The notes: generated by a model from the sequence alone, not told the origin. Counted from the stretch's first letter, positions 1-9,664 are shown. The stretch is 33,177 nt of DNA from a virus (IMGVR_UViG_3300009786_002707:1-33177); one strand, 5' to 3'. Made by a program: numbers and translations.

Positions 1-135
1 AACCTCTGATCGGAGCAAATGGATATCATCCCGTAGTTGCTCCTGATTGAAAAGTAAAAGGGCACTTTGTACGGTATAAGCTATCGTCATGCAGACTAGG
101 ATAGTTACACAGATTTTTTTATCTCTCAACTCCAT
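1..135 (-). CDS. 5' part of a small membrane-anchored hypothetical protein (runs off the window)
   Basis: ATG at 135 preceded by AAGGAG. Reads MELRDKKICVTILVCMTIAYTVQSALLLFNQEQLRDDIHLLRSEV with no stop and a hydrophobic N-terminal segment. Not in the ORF track. Confidence 0.7.
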   Translation of the reverse strand, partial: MELRDKKICVTILVCMTIAYTVQSALLLFNQEQLRDDIHLLRSEV

Positions 136-148
136 TGATCACTCCTTT

Positions 149-613
149 TTAACCTGCGCTACAGCAGCACGTATTACATTTAAACCTGTCTCTTTCCGGA
201 GGCACAATGCCCGGCGAGACCTTCTCCGTCTTTCCACAAATTCTACACCGAACCTCCACGCGATGTTCAGCTTTCTTTTTTAGAGGACTCTGATTTTGAA
301 GGGGTTCGTGAGCTCCCATTTTCTTGTCCGACAGTGAGGCCTCTTGCAACTCTTCTTTTTCGGCGGAGGTGAGACTGAGGCCTTCTAAAAATTCGCCTGT
401 GGGTGGGGAGTCTTTCATATTCTGCTCGCTAGCCAATGGCTGTTCCTTGGTCTTCGCGGCTTCCCTTTTTTTACGCTTTCCCTTTCCTCTTCTCTTTTTT
501 TTCTTTGTGCTTCTAGAAGTTACAGAGGACTTCTGTAGGAGAGCCTCAAGCTCCTCCATCTGATCCGAAGATAAAGAGGCAAGTAGAGATGCTAGTTGTT
601 CTTTCTTATCCAT
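149..613 (-). CDS. Hypothetical protein with basic patch and C-terminal zinc ribbon
   Basis: KKKKRRGKGKRKKR patch; CRIC...CNTC pair; overlaps the stop of the upstream gene. Confidence 0.75.
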   Translation of the reverse strand: MDKKEQLASLLASLSSDQMEELEALLQKSSVTSRSTKKKKRRGKGKRKKREAAKTKEQPLASEQNMKDSPPTGEFLEGLSLTSAEKEELQEASLSDKKMGAHEPLQNQSPLKKKAEHRVEVRCRICGKTEKVSPGIVPPERDRFKCNTCCCSAG

Positions 614-1094
614 GTTTCATCACCTTTGTCCTTTGTACAGCTAAAAAGATATCGCCAATATTTTTAATTGACGAGGCGAGATACGTAAGGCGATCAGCCC
701 TCTGCTGCGCATACTTTTGAATTTGCATGACCTTACGTGAATATCCATCTTCGTCTACCGCTTGATTGAACTGGCTTTCCCATGAGCCACTGTATGATTG
801 TTCTCGTCCCGCAACTGTCGACCTTAACGTTTGCTTGGCCCAATTGACGCGAGCCACTTCTCGATTATATGCCCGCTGCATGTGAAAAGAGAGGGAGCCT
901 AAGAGAAGGGCAGCCTCCGCACATTCAGCGGGGGTTAACTTCTCAATCTGAAGTCGCGAAAGGGTCATGTATTTTTTTGCAGAGTCGTCGTGAAACTCAT
1001 CAGGAAAGTCCGGAACCCCGAGGGAACGTTCATACTCATCCAGTATGCTGTCAAGCTTTTTCAACTGGTCTGAGGCTGTATCCTTAGCTTCCAT
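606..1094 (-). CDS. Helical hypothetical protein, possibly a UvsY-like recombination mediator
   Basis: 162-aa ORF that appears all-helical, overlaps both neighbours and lies close to recA. The UvsY resemblance is weak and by eye only. Confidence 0.6.
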   Translation of the reverse strand: MEAKDTASDQLKKLDSILDEYERSLGVPDFPDEFHDDSAKKYMTLSRLQIEKLTPAECAEAALLLGSLSFHMQRAYNREVARVNWAKQTLRSTVAGREQSYSGSWESQFNQAVDEDGYSRKVMQIQKYAQQRADRLTYLASSIKNIGDIFLAVQRTKVMKHG

Positions 1095-1477
1095 TCTTCA
1101 ACACTTTCATTAAAAGGGAGTTCTACATAGGTTAAGTTATTGAGCTCACACCAATCCACTAACGCGGCATCTCGTTTCTTCTGATTGATGAAGTCATGAA
1201 TACTGGTGTGGTACAGGGTGTTGAACTTATAGTGCTGAGAGCCGTGAACTTCAATAACAGTCTTCACGGTGTTTATATAGAAGTCTAGAAAGCCTGACTG
1301 ATTTCTACGTAGCTGAAAGGAAACTTCCTCCATTATTTGGAGGGCCGGATAGAGGTCTCTGAGAAGCTGTCTGGCCTTCAGGTGAAGCTTGGAACGGGGA
1401 CGCTGCTCGTTTGATCGAACAACGTTCCCCGCTATTTTCCAAGTATAGGTGTTGCCGTCTAAGTCTCTAATTTTCAA
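1061..1477 (-). CDS. DUF559/Vsr-like PD-(D/E)XK endonuclease
   Basis: LDFYI...VIEVHGSQHY...QKKRD...WC motif pattern. Probable TTG start at 1477 (MKIRDLDG) overlapping the upstream stop. Confidence 0.75.
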   Translation of the reverse strand: MKIRDLDGNTYTWKIAGNVVRSNEQRPRSKLHLKARQLLRDLYPALQIMEEVSFQLRRNQSGFLDFYINTVKTVIEVHGSQHYKFNTLYHTSIHDFINQKKRDAALVDWCELNNLTYVELPFNESVEEWKLRIQPQTS

Positions 1478-2435
1478 CGGGTCGCCTTGGTAAAAATGGG
1501 GAGATCCTCCGAGGGGTGGCTGCGTTTCTGAAAAGGAAGGGAAAGTCTCCGGACGCCTTCGAGGCCTTCTGGTCTTTACCGTCCTTCGAATCAATTGTAC
1601 CCTCAATAGGAAGCTTTAGGATCTTGTCATAGGTGGGGGTCGGAACATTTTGATCAATTGCCCACAGAACTCCGTTAGCCTTAGCATATTTGCGCATGCG
1701 TCTGACGGGAACAATGAGATTAAATGTTTCGCCCGCTCCTCTTACAAGCATCCCAACGTAATGGCCTTCATGCCCCTTATTCCTCTCAGAGAGAAAAACT
1801 CCTCCCCCTGACGATCCGGGGAAACCGGGACATGAAGTTTGGTCAAAGACCACTCCTTCGCCTGTGCCGAGGTCCAGAACTCTACCAACTTGAGACAATA
1901 TTCCTCTCGTCATAGAATTACTTCCTATTTGGCCTAGCAAGCTGCCTACATGGTAGAGCTCTGTTCCAATAGCTATAGGATCGTCTGCCGTGTGGAAGGT
2001 AGTAGTCTTGTCAATGAACCCCTTCTTTCTTATCATAAGAAGGGCAAGATCCTCACCGTTCTCGGAGTCGCTATATTTAATAATCTTAGCTTCCATCTTG
2101 ATCTCGCCAACACGCCTGCCATCTTCAACAAGCTCCTTGACAATCTGAGCGTCTTTGAATTCTACTACTTTAGAGGGGCGACCATCTTTAATGACGCTTC
2201 TTACAGACCTCAGGCCATCAACTACATGGGCCGCAGTCCAGACAAAATTAACCTTCTCCTTTTTGCCATTGGAGAGTACAACTTCTCTGGTAACAATCAC
2301 TCCGGATCCCTCTCCTGCAAAACTCTTAACTGTCACTGAAACATCTTGCAAGTGCTGATACAGATCCTTATCGGGAACCTGCGACATAGCGGTACTCGCC
2401 AACAAAATAACTAGCATTAAGCTCTTCATGATCAT
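1467..2435 (-). CDS. Secreted trypsin-like (S1) serine protease
   Basis: Triad motifs TAAHVV, DLALL, PGSSGGG. Signal peptide MIMKSLMLVILLASTAMS. AGGTG RBS before ATG 2435. Confidence 0.88.
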   Translation of the reverse strand: MIMKSLMLVILLASTAMSQVPDKDLYQHLQDVSVTVKSFAGEGSGVIVTREVVLSNGKKEKVNFVWTAAHVVDGLRSVRSVIKDGRPSKVVEFKDAQIVKELVEDGRRVGEIKMEAKIIKYSDSENGEDLALLMIRKKGFIDKTTTFHTADDPIAIGTELYHVGSLLGQIGSNSMTRGILSQVGRVLDLGTGEGVVFDQTSCPGFPGSSGGGVFLSERNKGHEGHYVGMLVRGAGETFNLIVPVRRMRKYAKANGVLWAIDQNVPTPTYDKILKLPIEGTIDSKDGKDQKASKASGDFPFLFRNAATPRRISPFLPRRPVEN

Positions 2436-2439
2436 ATAA

Positions 2440-3417
2440 TCACCTTTCAATTCCAACCATAGAAAAAATTTCGTCTTCAAATTTTTGATATTCGTCAGGG
2501 TTATCTTCCAGATATTTAGATAGATTGTTTTTACCCTGAACCTTCTCCTCATTTGGAAGCTTAAACCAAGCTCCGCTTTTTTCCACAAGGCCAAAGTCTA
2601 CGAGTAGGTCTGCCAATTCCATTTCCTTCCATATTCCTCTTCCGTATTTGATATGGCTGGAGACCTTTTGACCCGGTGCTCCGATAGCTGAGGTGACTAC
2701 TTGCCAATGGACAGTTTGCCCTATCTGTGTGTCTCCTTGCATAATTGGCTGAGAGTGGGTTGCGTGAAGCTTAACATCAACTTGATACTTTAGGGCACTC
2801 CCAGATTTTTCTACCTTTGCCTTTCCCCTGCCAAACGTAGACATGTTGGCCATTAAGTGAGTTATTCCCACTACCGTTACCTTGTTGATAGGTAAAACGT
2901 TTGATATTCTTCTACAAAACTTAGCCAAAACCTTCTGTACGCTCATTACCTGAGTGTCTGTGATGTCCCCAGTAAGCTCAGATTCACTCGACAGGGCTGA
3001 GAATGAGTCTACTACGCATATACAGTCGGGCTGAGTATGGATAAGATTATCAAAGATGCCTAAATATTTTTCAGCAGATAAAATGTTCCCCTGAGTAGAG
3101 CCGATAATTTCCATATGCTCCGGGTCCACACTTAAGCTAGCTATTCCCTCTAGGTCTCTCTTCCTTAACCGACCCTCTATATTTCCGTAATAAACTTTTC
3201 TGTTGACAGTCTGTGCGTTCGCGCAAAAGGTAAGAGCGGTGATTGTTTTACCAACCTTTTCTGGCCCTGTCATGATGAACAAAGAGCCCTCAGGGACGCC
3301 TCCCCCTAAGGCCATGTCAATTTTGGGACTCACCGGAATAATAGCCAGTTTTGTGTCCGTTATATATGAGGGATTATGTAAGACATCTCCGTACTCCTTG
3401 ATAATATCCGTCGTCAT
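2440..3417 (-). CDS. recA: RecA/UvsX-like recombinase
   Basis: LGGGVP, Walker A GPEKVGKT, Walker B VVDSFSAL, SGSALKY, VEKSGAWF, VQGK. Divergent, phage-like. Confidence 0.92.
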   Translation of the reverse strand: MTTDIIKEYGDVLHNPSYITDTKLAIIPVSPKIDMALGGGVPEGSLFIMTGPEKVGKTITALTFCANAQTVNRKVYYGNIEGRLRKRDLEGIASLSVDPEHMEIIGSTQGNILSAEKYLGIFDNLIHTQPDCICVVDSFSALSSESELTGDITDTQVMSVQKVLAKFCRRISNVLPINKVTVVGITHLMANMSTFGRGKAKVEKSGSALKYQVDVKLHATHSQPIMQGDTQIGQTVHWQVVTSAIGAPGQKVSSHIKYGRGIWKEMELADLLVDFGLVEKSGAWFKLPNEEKVQGKNNLSKYLEDNPDEYQKFEDEIFSMVGIER

Positions 3418-3854
3418 TCTTCCAAATCCTCTAGGTCAGATAGTAGGGATCTCTTTTGGTTGTTGCTAGAAAAGTTTTCTTTACCATCAAAGTTATAAGA
3501 CAGGTCCTCTGCATCTACTCGCTTAGCTTTCTCCTGAGTTTTCTTGTGCTCCTCTATGATAGGCTTGAGAAAAGGGGCCCTTAGAGAGTAGGTCTTGTAG
3601 CATCTCCGATCTTTCAGGGCTGCTATTACCGCCTCTTCGCCGTACTCTTTAACCAGAGCGGTTGCGAGAGTTATCTGATAGCGGTAGAAGCTTCGCCATT
3701 CCTTGATCTCCCAAAATTTTATTGGGAGTTCTTTGCTGCCCTGCTGAGCCTTCTTTTCACATATTAGCTCAGTGATATATTGATATGGGGAAACCCATCC
3801 TTCCGGAGAATATCTGGATGGGTAGCTGCTTTTGTCGGACCTACGGCTTGTCAT
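3414..3854 (-). CDS. Hypothetical protein
   Basis: 146-aa ORF with an ATGA overlap to recA and an acidic C-terminus. Confidence 0.7.
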   Translation of the reverse strand: MTSRRSDKSSYPSRYSPEGWVSPYQYITELICEKKAQQGSKELPIKFWEIKEWRSFYRYQITLATALVKEYGEEAVIAALKDRRCYKTYSLRAPFLKPIIEEHKKTQEKAKRVDAEDLSYNFDGKENFSSNNQKRSLLSDLEDLEE

Positions 3855-4158
3855 ATATTGTGTGAACCCACTTTCCTCTTTGTGTGGGCGATGACTCTTT
3901 CGTATCTGGCTGAGAACGTGTATCGTCAGCCTTCATTGACGCCGCCTCAGTCATAGCTACAATGCCACCTTCTCCTTTGGCTGTCTTTCTGACCATCAGC
4001 TGCTCTCTAATAGCCTCTTCACCAATTCTCTTAACTTCCTTCTCAATTAAAGCTAGAGATCGACCAAGCTGATTAGCCATGTCTTCTTTGGATACCTTCT
4101 CCGCGATCATCCCCTTGAGGCATGCGGTCTCAGTGTCTGTAATCTTACCCTTTTTCAT
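3841..4158 (-). CDS. Putative helix-turn-helix protein
   Basis: VSKEDMANQLGRSLALIEKEV resembles an HTH. GGGAG RBS and ATGA overlap. Confidence 0.6.
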   Translation of the reverse strand: MKKGKITDTETACLKGMIAEKVSKEDMANQLGRSLALIEKEVKRIGEEAIREQLMVRKTAKGEGGIVAMTEAASMKADDTRSQPDTKESSPTQRGKWVHTIYDKP

Positions 4159-4559
4159 GATAGCTCCCTTTCGGCATTGCGTATATAAGACAAGTTTTTT
4201 GTTCTCAAAAAATTTACATAAAAATTAAACACCTTTTCCTTTACTTCTTTTAACTCCCACTCAAGCCGCCCCCTATGGCGACTCACTCCTGCTTCCCGAC
4301 CTTCACTAAAAAAGCCCAGCGGATTGAAAAGCTTCCCGTAAGCCCCTTGCTTCACAAAGAATCTACAACTAGACGGTCCAATAACCTTCATAGCATGAGC
4401 GTATGGGTTATCCTTAGTATCATCCAATTCTACACTCAGACACGGTAGTCCAGAATCTTCCTCGATATAGTCTTCTTTCCCTATTACTGTGTATACGGTT
4501 ACGGTACGCTCCTCGGGAAGCTCCCTAGAGGGGTCTATGATGAAGATGTCTTGATGCAT
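4155..4559 (-). CDS. Hypothetical protein
   Basis: 134-aa ORF abutting both neighbours. Confidence 0.7.
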   Translation of the reverse strand: MHQDIFIIDPSRELPEERTVTVYTVIGKEDYIEEDSGLPCLSVELDDTKDNPYAHAMKVIGPSSCRFFVKQGAYGKLFNPLGFFSEGREAGVSRHRGRLEWELKEVKEKVFNFYVNFLRTKNLSYIRNAERELS

Positions 4560-4940
4560 TTATTTTCTCTTTCTGGGCTTTCTTTTAGCCTTGCCCTCTT
4601 TTGTCCATTGCAATGTGTCGGAGGACTTTTCTATTCGACTCATTCCATCAGGCAACTCTTCATGAGGTGAAACTCTCTTGGTCTTCTGATTGCGGCGTAT
4701 CTCATCCGCTTGATCTTTGCTGTATTGGGACGTTTGTTTTTCAGCATAGTGTCCGATAGTTTTACATTCTGACAGGGAAAAGGAGACAGACCCCTGAACA
4801 TCATCGAAGGAAAGATCTCTAGTCGCCTTCTTATTGCATTCTGAACACTTCACATATTTTTTCTTTTTATATTTAGACATACTGCAATTTATGGAAAAGT
4901 GAATCTCGCAATGGTCACATCGGAATGTATATTCTGGCAT
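4560..4940 (-). CDS. FmdB-family zinc-ribbon protein
   Basis: MPEYTFRCDHC...CSEC. GGAGG RBS before ATG 4940. Confidence 0.8.
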   Translation of the reverse strand: MPEYTFRCDHCEIHFSINCSMSKYKKKKYVKCSECNKKATRDLSFDDVQGSVSFSLSECKTIGHYAEKQTSQYSKDQADEIRRNQKTKRVSPHEELPDGMSRIEKSSDTLQWTKEGKAKRKPRKRK

Positions 4941-4949
4941 GGCGTCCTC

Positions 4950-4984
4950 CAAAAGAATTCTACCCCCTGATTGGCGACAGGGGT
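4950..4984 (-). terminator. Intergenic GC stem-loop, possible weak terminator or processing site
   Basis: CCCCTG-N8-CAGGGG followed by GTAGAATTCTTTT on the minus strand. Confidence 0.4.
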
Positions 4985-4987
4985 TCG

Positions 4988-5302
4988 TTATATAAAAAGA
5001 TATATCAAGAGTAGTATCTGCGCTATCGCAATAGCCCACGTGATAAGAAGAGCATATTTAAATTGGAGGTAATGTAGCTTAAATAATCCATAAAGAGCTA
5101 GCAGAGTTCCTAGAAACTTAGCAGCTATAAAAATAGAGATGTCTCCATGGTCTAAGCGTATTAGATACCGCCCGATGGGATTTTGTTCGGACTCTTGAAT
5201 GATAGTTCGTGTTTTACCAATAAAATAAAGATCTATAGTAGATATTATCGCTATGACAAAACATAGGAGCTCAAAAATAAAATTATTTTTGTTTAAACGC
5301 AT
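4988..5302 (-). CDS. Small multi-pass membrane protein (DUF5658-like)
   Basis: Three hydrophobic segments with a D...EQNP...AAK pattern. Start at 5302 overlaps the nrdJ stop. Confidence 0.6.
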   Translation of the reverse strand: MRLNKNNFIFELLCFVIAIISTIDLYFIGKTRTIIQESEQNPIGRYLIRLDHGDISIFIAAKFLGTLLALYGLFKLHYLQFKYALLITWAIAIAQILLLIYLFI

Positions 5303-7815
5303 CTTGAATGTCCACATTGAGTACAGGCTATACATCCCTCCTGCCTAATCAGGGCATCTTTTCCACACTCCGGGCACTCCCCCTTTTCCTCAGACCCATC
5401 AGGGATATACTTCTTAAGAGCCCTCGCCATGCTTTTTGCAAAAGACGTCATATCCCCCTTTACCTTTTCCAGTTGTTGAACAACGTACTGAATACATGCC
5501 CCATGTCTTAGGGCTGTGGATGTCATTCTAGTTAACGCATCTTCCTCTTCTGAACAAGTCGCATTCACCGGGCAAAGCTCTAGGCCGTCTTCAAGTATGG
5601 CTTTGTAAACCCCTTTCGGTCTTAGAAACTTCATCAGGATTCCTTTTTTTACGTTTCGGCTTATGAAGCCGTTCTTACCCCCGAAAATCTCATACGGGTC
5701 ACCCTCATGTATCCCGACAAAAACAAAGTAGGGCTCTCCCTTTACAGTCATATGATGCACATTACAGGGGAGCTCTCGGGGCCTTTCGGGGGCCTCCGTT
5801 TTCACTATTTTAGACGGACCATCGCTGCTCAGAGAAGAAGACTCGGACAAAACAGAGGTGGTCGTTCCGGTCCTGTAGGTTGTAAACCCCTTAATCCCTT
5901 TTTCCCACGATTTCATGTAAACGGATTTAAAGTCTTCATAAGGATAATCGTTGGGCAAATTGATTGTCTTACTGATGGCTGAGTCTACCCAATTGGCAAA
6001 AATTGACATTGTGTCAATATGTGATTTAACATCAAGACTCATGGCGCAAGCGTTCCATGAGGCATTTTCTTTCCACTCTCCTATTTTTTTAAGGAATGAA
6101 ACTCCGTAGTCTTCTACCCACTCCTCTTTAAGGAGACCTCGAGTCCTGTCCATTTTCCATACTTTCCCGTCGATTTTGATGGCCAGAAGTTTTTCATCTC
6201 CTTCTTTAACCCATATCCAGTCTGTGGCATCATCTTTATTTTCATATTTGTAATCGCCCTTGCCCCAATCGATAGAAGAAGGGATTGTTATGCCATCAGG
6301 GCAATGCTGCTGAACTGCGGTTCGAATATAGCCATGCATAAACAATGGTTCGAGGCCTCCACTTACCAAATTAGAAAACACAGAACCATTCCCGGTGGGC
6401 TGAATAGAAGTAACGTGTGAGTTACGCATTCCGTAAAGACCGATGAGTCTCTTTGTTTCTTTGCTAAGCTTGTGTATGAACTGACTCTTCTTGTATAGTG
6501 GAGGGTTGTAAAGGGGGAAGGCTCCCTTGTCTTTTGCTAGTAACGCCGAGGCTTGGTAGGCTTGGTTAGTAATAAATTCCATGAGCCTCTCGGTCATTTG
6601 AAGGGCCTGTCTACTTCCGTATTTGACCTTGGCCATCATAAGGGCTGACGCGTAACCCATAACCCCCAGACCTATTCTTCGTTTACTTTGCAACTGGTCT
6701 TTCTGAATCTTAAGAGGAACAGAGGTCTTGTCGTTTACGTTATCCATTAATCTGACAGCAATAGCTATAGTTCTTTTTAATTCCTCATATTTCCATTCTT
6801 GAGTTTTCGGGTCAATAAAATGGACTAAGTTAAGAGAGCCTAGGAGGCACACCCCTCCAATGGGAAGCACCTGCTCACCGCAAGGATTAGTAGCGCTGAT
6901 ATGCTCCTCGTAGTACAGGTTGTTCAAGTGATTGATTGTATCAACAAAAAGAACCCCCGGCTCGTTACGGTTGTAGGTATTGGACATTATCAAGTCCCAA
7001 AGATCTCTAGCAGAGTCAAATGTGTGATAGCTGCGTAGGCCGTAGGTGGCGTCCTCTCCTCCGACAGTTTCCATCCACTCCTCTAGGCTTCCATTCCAAG
7101 AAGACTTATAATTTTTAGGGTGCTTCTCGTGATCAGGGAATACGAGTTCCCATGGGGAGTCATCAATTACAGCTTTCATAAATGCGTCAGTACAGAGTAC
7201 CGACATGTTGAACTTGCTAAGAACTCCGGAAGTTTTTTTAGCATTAACGAACTCTACAATGTCGGGATGCCAGCATGACAGGGTAACCATCTGCGCTCCC
7301 TTGCGTATGAAGTTTTTTTCGCCTGTGCGAGACTTGTGTCCGCTCCCAGAAGTAATAATTTCAGAGGACTTATCCCAAAGCTCTAAGAACTTCACCGCTC
7401 CGGGGGATTGGTTTCCGATACCTCCGATATGAGCTCCGCGTGGACGCATGACATCGGCACAGAATCCATAGCCACCTTCGCTTTTTAAAATCTGGGCTTG
7501 TCTTGTAATAGTGCGGTAGATACTCTCAATAGAGTCCTGATCCTTTCCTATAAACCCATCTACGAAACAATTGATATATGTTGTTCCCTCTAGCCCTGAT
7601 CCTGCGTTGGAAGTAATGCGGCCTCCGGGTACAAACTTAAACCCTTCTAGGATACTATAAAACTCCTTGACCCATTTTTTCTTGTACGTTGTTTCTACAG
7701 ACGCAAGATCGGTAGCCACTCTCATCCAAGTGTCTTCTACAGTTGCGTCGTTTTCTAGCTTGTATTTTTGAAACCAAGTTTCTTCGCTAAAAGAATTGGT
7801 AAAGGCTCCTGACAT
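5293..7815 (-). CDS. nrdJ: Class II (adenosylcobalamin-dependent) ribonucleotide reductase
   Basis: PGGR, INCFV, EPGVLFVD, TNPCGEQ, CLLGSLNL, RRIGLG, IQPTG, DSAISKTINLP, KGFTTYR. C-terminal TSCPD-like domain and CPEC...CTQC zinc ribbon. No small-subunit gene adjacent. Confidence 0.92.
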   Translation of the reverse strand: MSGAFTNSFSEETWFQKYKLENDATVEDTWMRVATDLASVETTYKKKWVKEFYSILEGFKFVPGGRITSNAGSGLEGTTYINCFVDGFIGKDQDSIESIYRTITRQAQILKSEGGYGFCADVMRPRGAHIGGIGNQSPGAVKFLELWDKSSEIITSGSGHKSRTGEKNFIRKGAQMVTLSCWHPDIVEFVNAKKTSGVLSKFNMSVLCTDAFMKAVIDDSPWELVFPDHEKHPKNYKSSWNGSLEEWMETVGGEDATYGLRSYHTFDSARDLWDLIMSNTYNRNEPGVLFVDTINHLNNLYYEEHISATNPCGEQVLPIGGVCLLGSLNLVHFIDPKTQEWKYEELKRTIAIAVRLMDNVNDKTSVPLKIQKDQLQSKRRIGLGVMGYASALMMAKVKYGSRQALQMTERLMEFITNQAYQASALLAKDKGAFPLYNPPLYKKSQFIHKLSKETKRLIGLYGMRNSHVTSIQPTGNGSVFSNLVSGGLEPLFMHGYIRTAVQQHCPDGITIPSSIDWGKGDYKYENKDDATDWIWVKEGDEKLLAIKIDGKVWKMDRTRGLLKEEWVEDYGVSFLKKIGEWKENASWNACAMSLDVKSHIDTMSIFANWVDSAISKTINLPNDYPYEDFKSVYMKSWEKGIKGFTTYRTGTTTSVLSESSSLSSDGPSKIVKTEAPERPRELPCNVHHMTVKGEPYFVFVGIHEGDPYEIFGGKNGFISRNVKKGILMKFLRPKGVYKAILEDGLELCPVNATCSEEEDALTRMTSTALRHGACIQYVVQQLEKVKGDMTSFAKSMARALKKYIPDGSEEKGECPECGKDALIRQEGCIACTQCGHSRCV

Positions 7816-8414
7816 TATTTACTCCGTTCAATTTTGATTTCATCGCATTCTATCAGAGTTGTGCTACTCTTATCGTAAAGCCACCTTGCCTCTGATTGAT
7901 AGTCCTCTATTTGTTTTAAACAATACAGCTCTTTGATACCGGCGTTTATGATTGAGCCAGTGCATTGAATGCATGGAACCCCACACCAGCAGAACATAAT
8001 CAAGCCATTGGCTGGGATGGAAAGCTTATTAAGAGCGTTCCTTTCGGCGTGCTGACATGAGCAGAGCTCTGGTCTTTTGCCCGAAGAGTACCCTAGGATG
8101 TTGCGTGGGCACTCGTTGCGTTTCGAAAGGGACTCGCATACTGCGTCAACGTCCTGACTATCTATCGTTCCACTTTTGATGCAGAGCTGTGCTTTCTCTC
8201 CCTCTGTGAGTTGTGGCCAAAAGAACCCCTTTAAAAATTTCACATCGTTACAGTGAGGAGTTCCCTCTGGGGGACCGTTATAACCGGCCCCTACTATTCC
8301 GTTAGTGGAGGGGTCTACAACAACAACACCTACTTGCCGAGAAAGACACGGGTTGTCATCAATGGCAATCTGGCGTGCCAATCGCATGTATTTTCCGACA
8401 AATTTTTCCTTCAT
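7815..8414 (-). CDS. dCMP deaminase family protein
   Basis: CLSRQVG, GYNGPP, HAERNA and PCIQC zinc motifs. Confidence 0.88.
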   Translation of the reverse strand: MKEKFVGKYMRLARQIAIDDNPCLSRQVGVVVVDPSTNGIVGAGYNGPPEGTPHCNDVKFLKGFFWPQLTEGEKAQLCIKSGTIDSQDVDAVCESLSKRNECPRNILGYSSGKRPELCSCQHAERNALNKLSIPANGLIMFCWCGVPCIQCTGSIINAGIKELYCLKQIEDYQSEARWLYDKSSTTLIECDEIKIERSK

Positions 8415-8427
8415 CCCTCTTTCGATC

Positions 8428-8637
8428 CTATCCGTGCAAACGCATATTTTTAATCACGCACTTACAATAGGCGTGGGTTATGTAGTTTTCTATGTCCTTA
8501 TTGAAGCGGACCCCGTCTGGGGGTACGTGGGTTACAAAATACCCCTTGCCGTGACACTCCTTACAGTTCTTACTATTATACATCCTAGCAACCATAAGAT
8601 CTACCGTGGTTGTGTACGCAAAATCCTTTTTCCCCAT
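8428..8637 (-). CDS. Small zinc-finger protein
   Basis: CKECHGKG...CKC, a DnaJ-like CxxCxGxG motif. Confidence 0.65.
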   Translation of the reverse strand: MGKKDFAYTTTVDLMVARMYNSKNCKECHGKGYFVTHVPPDGVRFNKDIENYITHAYCKCVIKNMRLHG

Positions 8638-8646
8638 ATTTCCATC

Positions 8647-9279
8647 CTACCAATCTTTTTGCAAAGTAAACTGATATTTAAATAGCGCCGACCTCGCTAA
8701 GTCTGCGGGAGTTACCGAAGAATCGGAAAGGTACGGCACGGGATCGGAGTATACCATCCTGTAAGCAAAGGCGACTGCCGTACTACATACAAAGACTTCG
8801 GTAGGGGCCGTGTCTTTTACATTTTGTTCAGAAAGTCTAAAGAAGGGAGCATAGTGCTTGGCGAGTTTCCAAAAGTTTTTCCAACCGTAGGGAAGGCCTG
8901 TTAAGTCCATCATGATATCAGTGACCTTCCGTGCGGTGTCTTCCTCAAACGTCCGTGAAATTTTACCCGTAACATCCCCGGTTATCTCAGACATTGCGAA
9001 AGAATCATAAGAAAGATGGTCAACCGCCCTAAACACATCTATCGTGTCGGGGTGGCTTTCAACCTGTGTCTTAAGAGAAACTGACCGACCTCCTTTAAAC
9101 TCACGAAACTCAACACACTGAACATGCTCTCCGTCACGGTGAACCATCCCTGCATGGCTATGGATACCGCTACTGTATCTCTTTATAGCCCAGCTAATTG
9201 CTCCTACTCCTCGAAACAAAAGCACGTCCGCTTCTTTGAGGTGAGTCATCGCTTTCGAGAAGGGTACTAAGATAGTCAT
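8647..9279 (-). CDS. Permuted papain-like NlpC/P60 (YiiX/YebB-like) amidase/peptidase
   Basis: ADVLLFR, SHAGM (His first), GLPYGW, FVCSTAVA (Cys later), VTPADL. Confidence 0.8.
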   Translation of the reverse strand: MTILVPFSKAMTHLKEADVLLFRGVGAISWAIKRYSSGIHSHAGMVHRDGEHVQCVEFREFKGGRSVSLKTQVESHPDTIDVFRAVDHLSYDSFAMSEITGDVTGKISRTFEEDTARKVTDIMMDLTGLPYGWKNFWKLAKHYAPFFRLSEQNVKDTAPTEVFVCSTAVAFAYRMVYSDPVPYLSDSSVTPADLARSALFKYQFTLQKDW

Positions 9280-9602
9280 TGGCTCTTATCTTCCAGCTTT
9301 TTGTCTATTCTATCGAGGATGTCAGCTATTCTTCTCTGGTCGTTAACTATTTGAGTCATAATTTGTTGCATGTCTTTTTGGGTTTCTGCCCAGCTTCGCG
9401 GGACGTAGACCAGAGGGGTTCCATCGGAGTCTTGCCTAGACATTACTTTGTAGGTGTGTTGTATCCAATCTCTTTCTTCGTCAACTAAAACGCTCTTAGA
9501 AGGAATCGCCCTCAGTAAAAGGAGCTCTATAACCTTGCCTAGCCCCATTACAATTGCTACGATAGCAGCTAAAACTGGAATAGAAAGGAGTTCGGATTCC
9601 AT
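9276..9602 (-). CDS. Single-TM membrane protein with C-terminal coiled coil (holin-like?)
   Basis: N-terminal hydrophobic helix, heptad-like C-terminus, ATGA overlap with the NlpC/P60 gene. Confidence 0.65.
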   Translation of the reverse strand: MESELLSIPVLAAIVAIVMGLGKVIELLLLRAIPSKSVLVDEERDWIQHTYKVMSRQDSDGTPLVYVPRSWAETQKDMQQIMTQIVNDQRRIADILDRIDKKLEDKSQ

Positions 9603-9628
9603 AACGACCTTTCGATAAAATGAAAGTT

Positions 9629-9664
9629 AAAAAAAGGGGCCTTGGTTGCTGCCCAAGACCCCTT
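9629..9664 (-). terminator. Rho-independent terminator
   Basis: GGGGTCTTGG-gcagcaa-CCAAGGCCCC followed by T7, about 20 nt after the stop at 9684. Confidence 0.85.

Noticed and set aside
2436-2594. Longer N-terminal extensions given by the ORF track (also 1478-1606, 4941-5039, 17533-17616, 29713-29766)
   Set aside because: They overlap upstream genes or terminators. Downstream starts have better RBS, signal peptide or family N-termini.
6100-6320. Possible intein or intron in nrdJ
   Set aside because: The extra segment is short, has no C/S...HN splice motifs or LAGLIDADG, and the frame is continuous.
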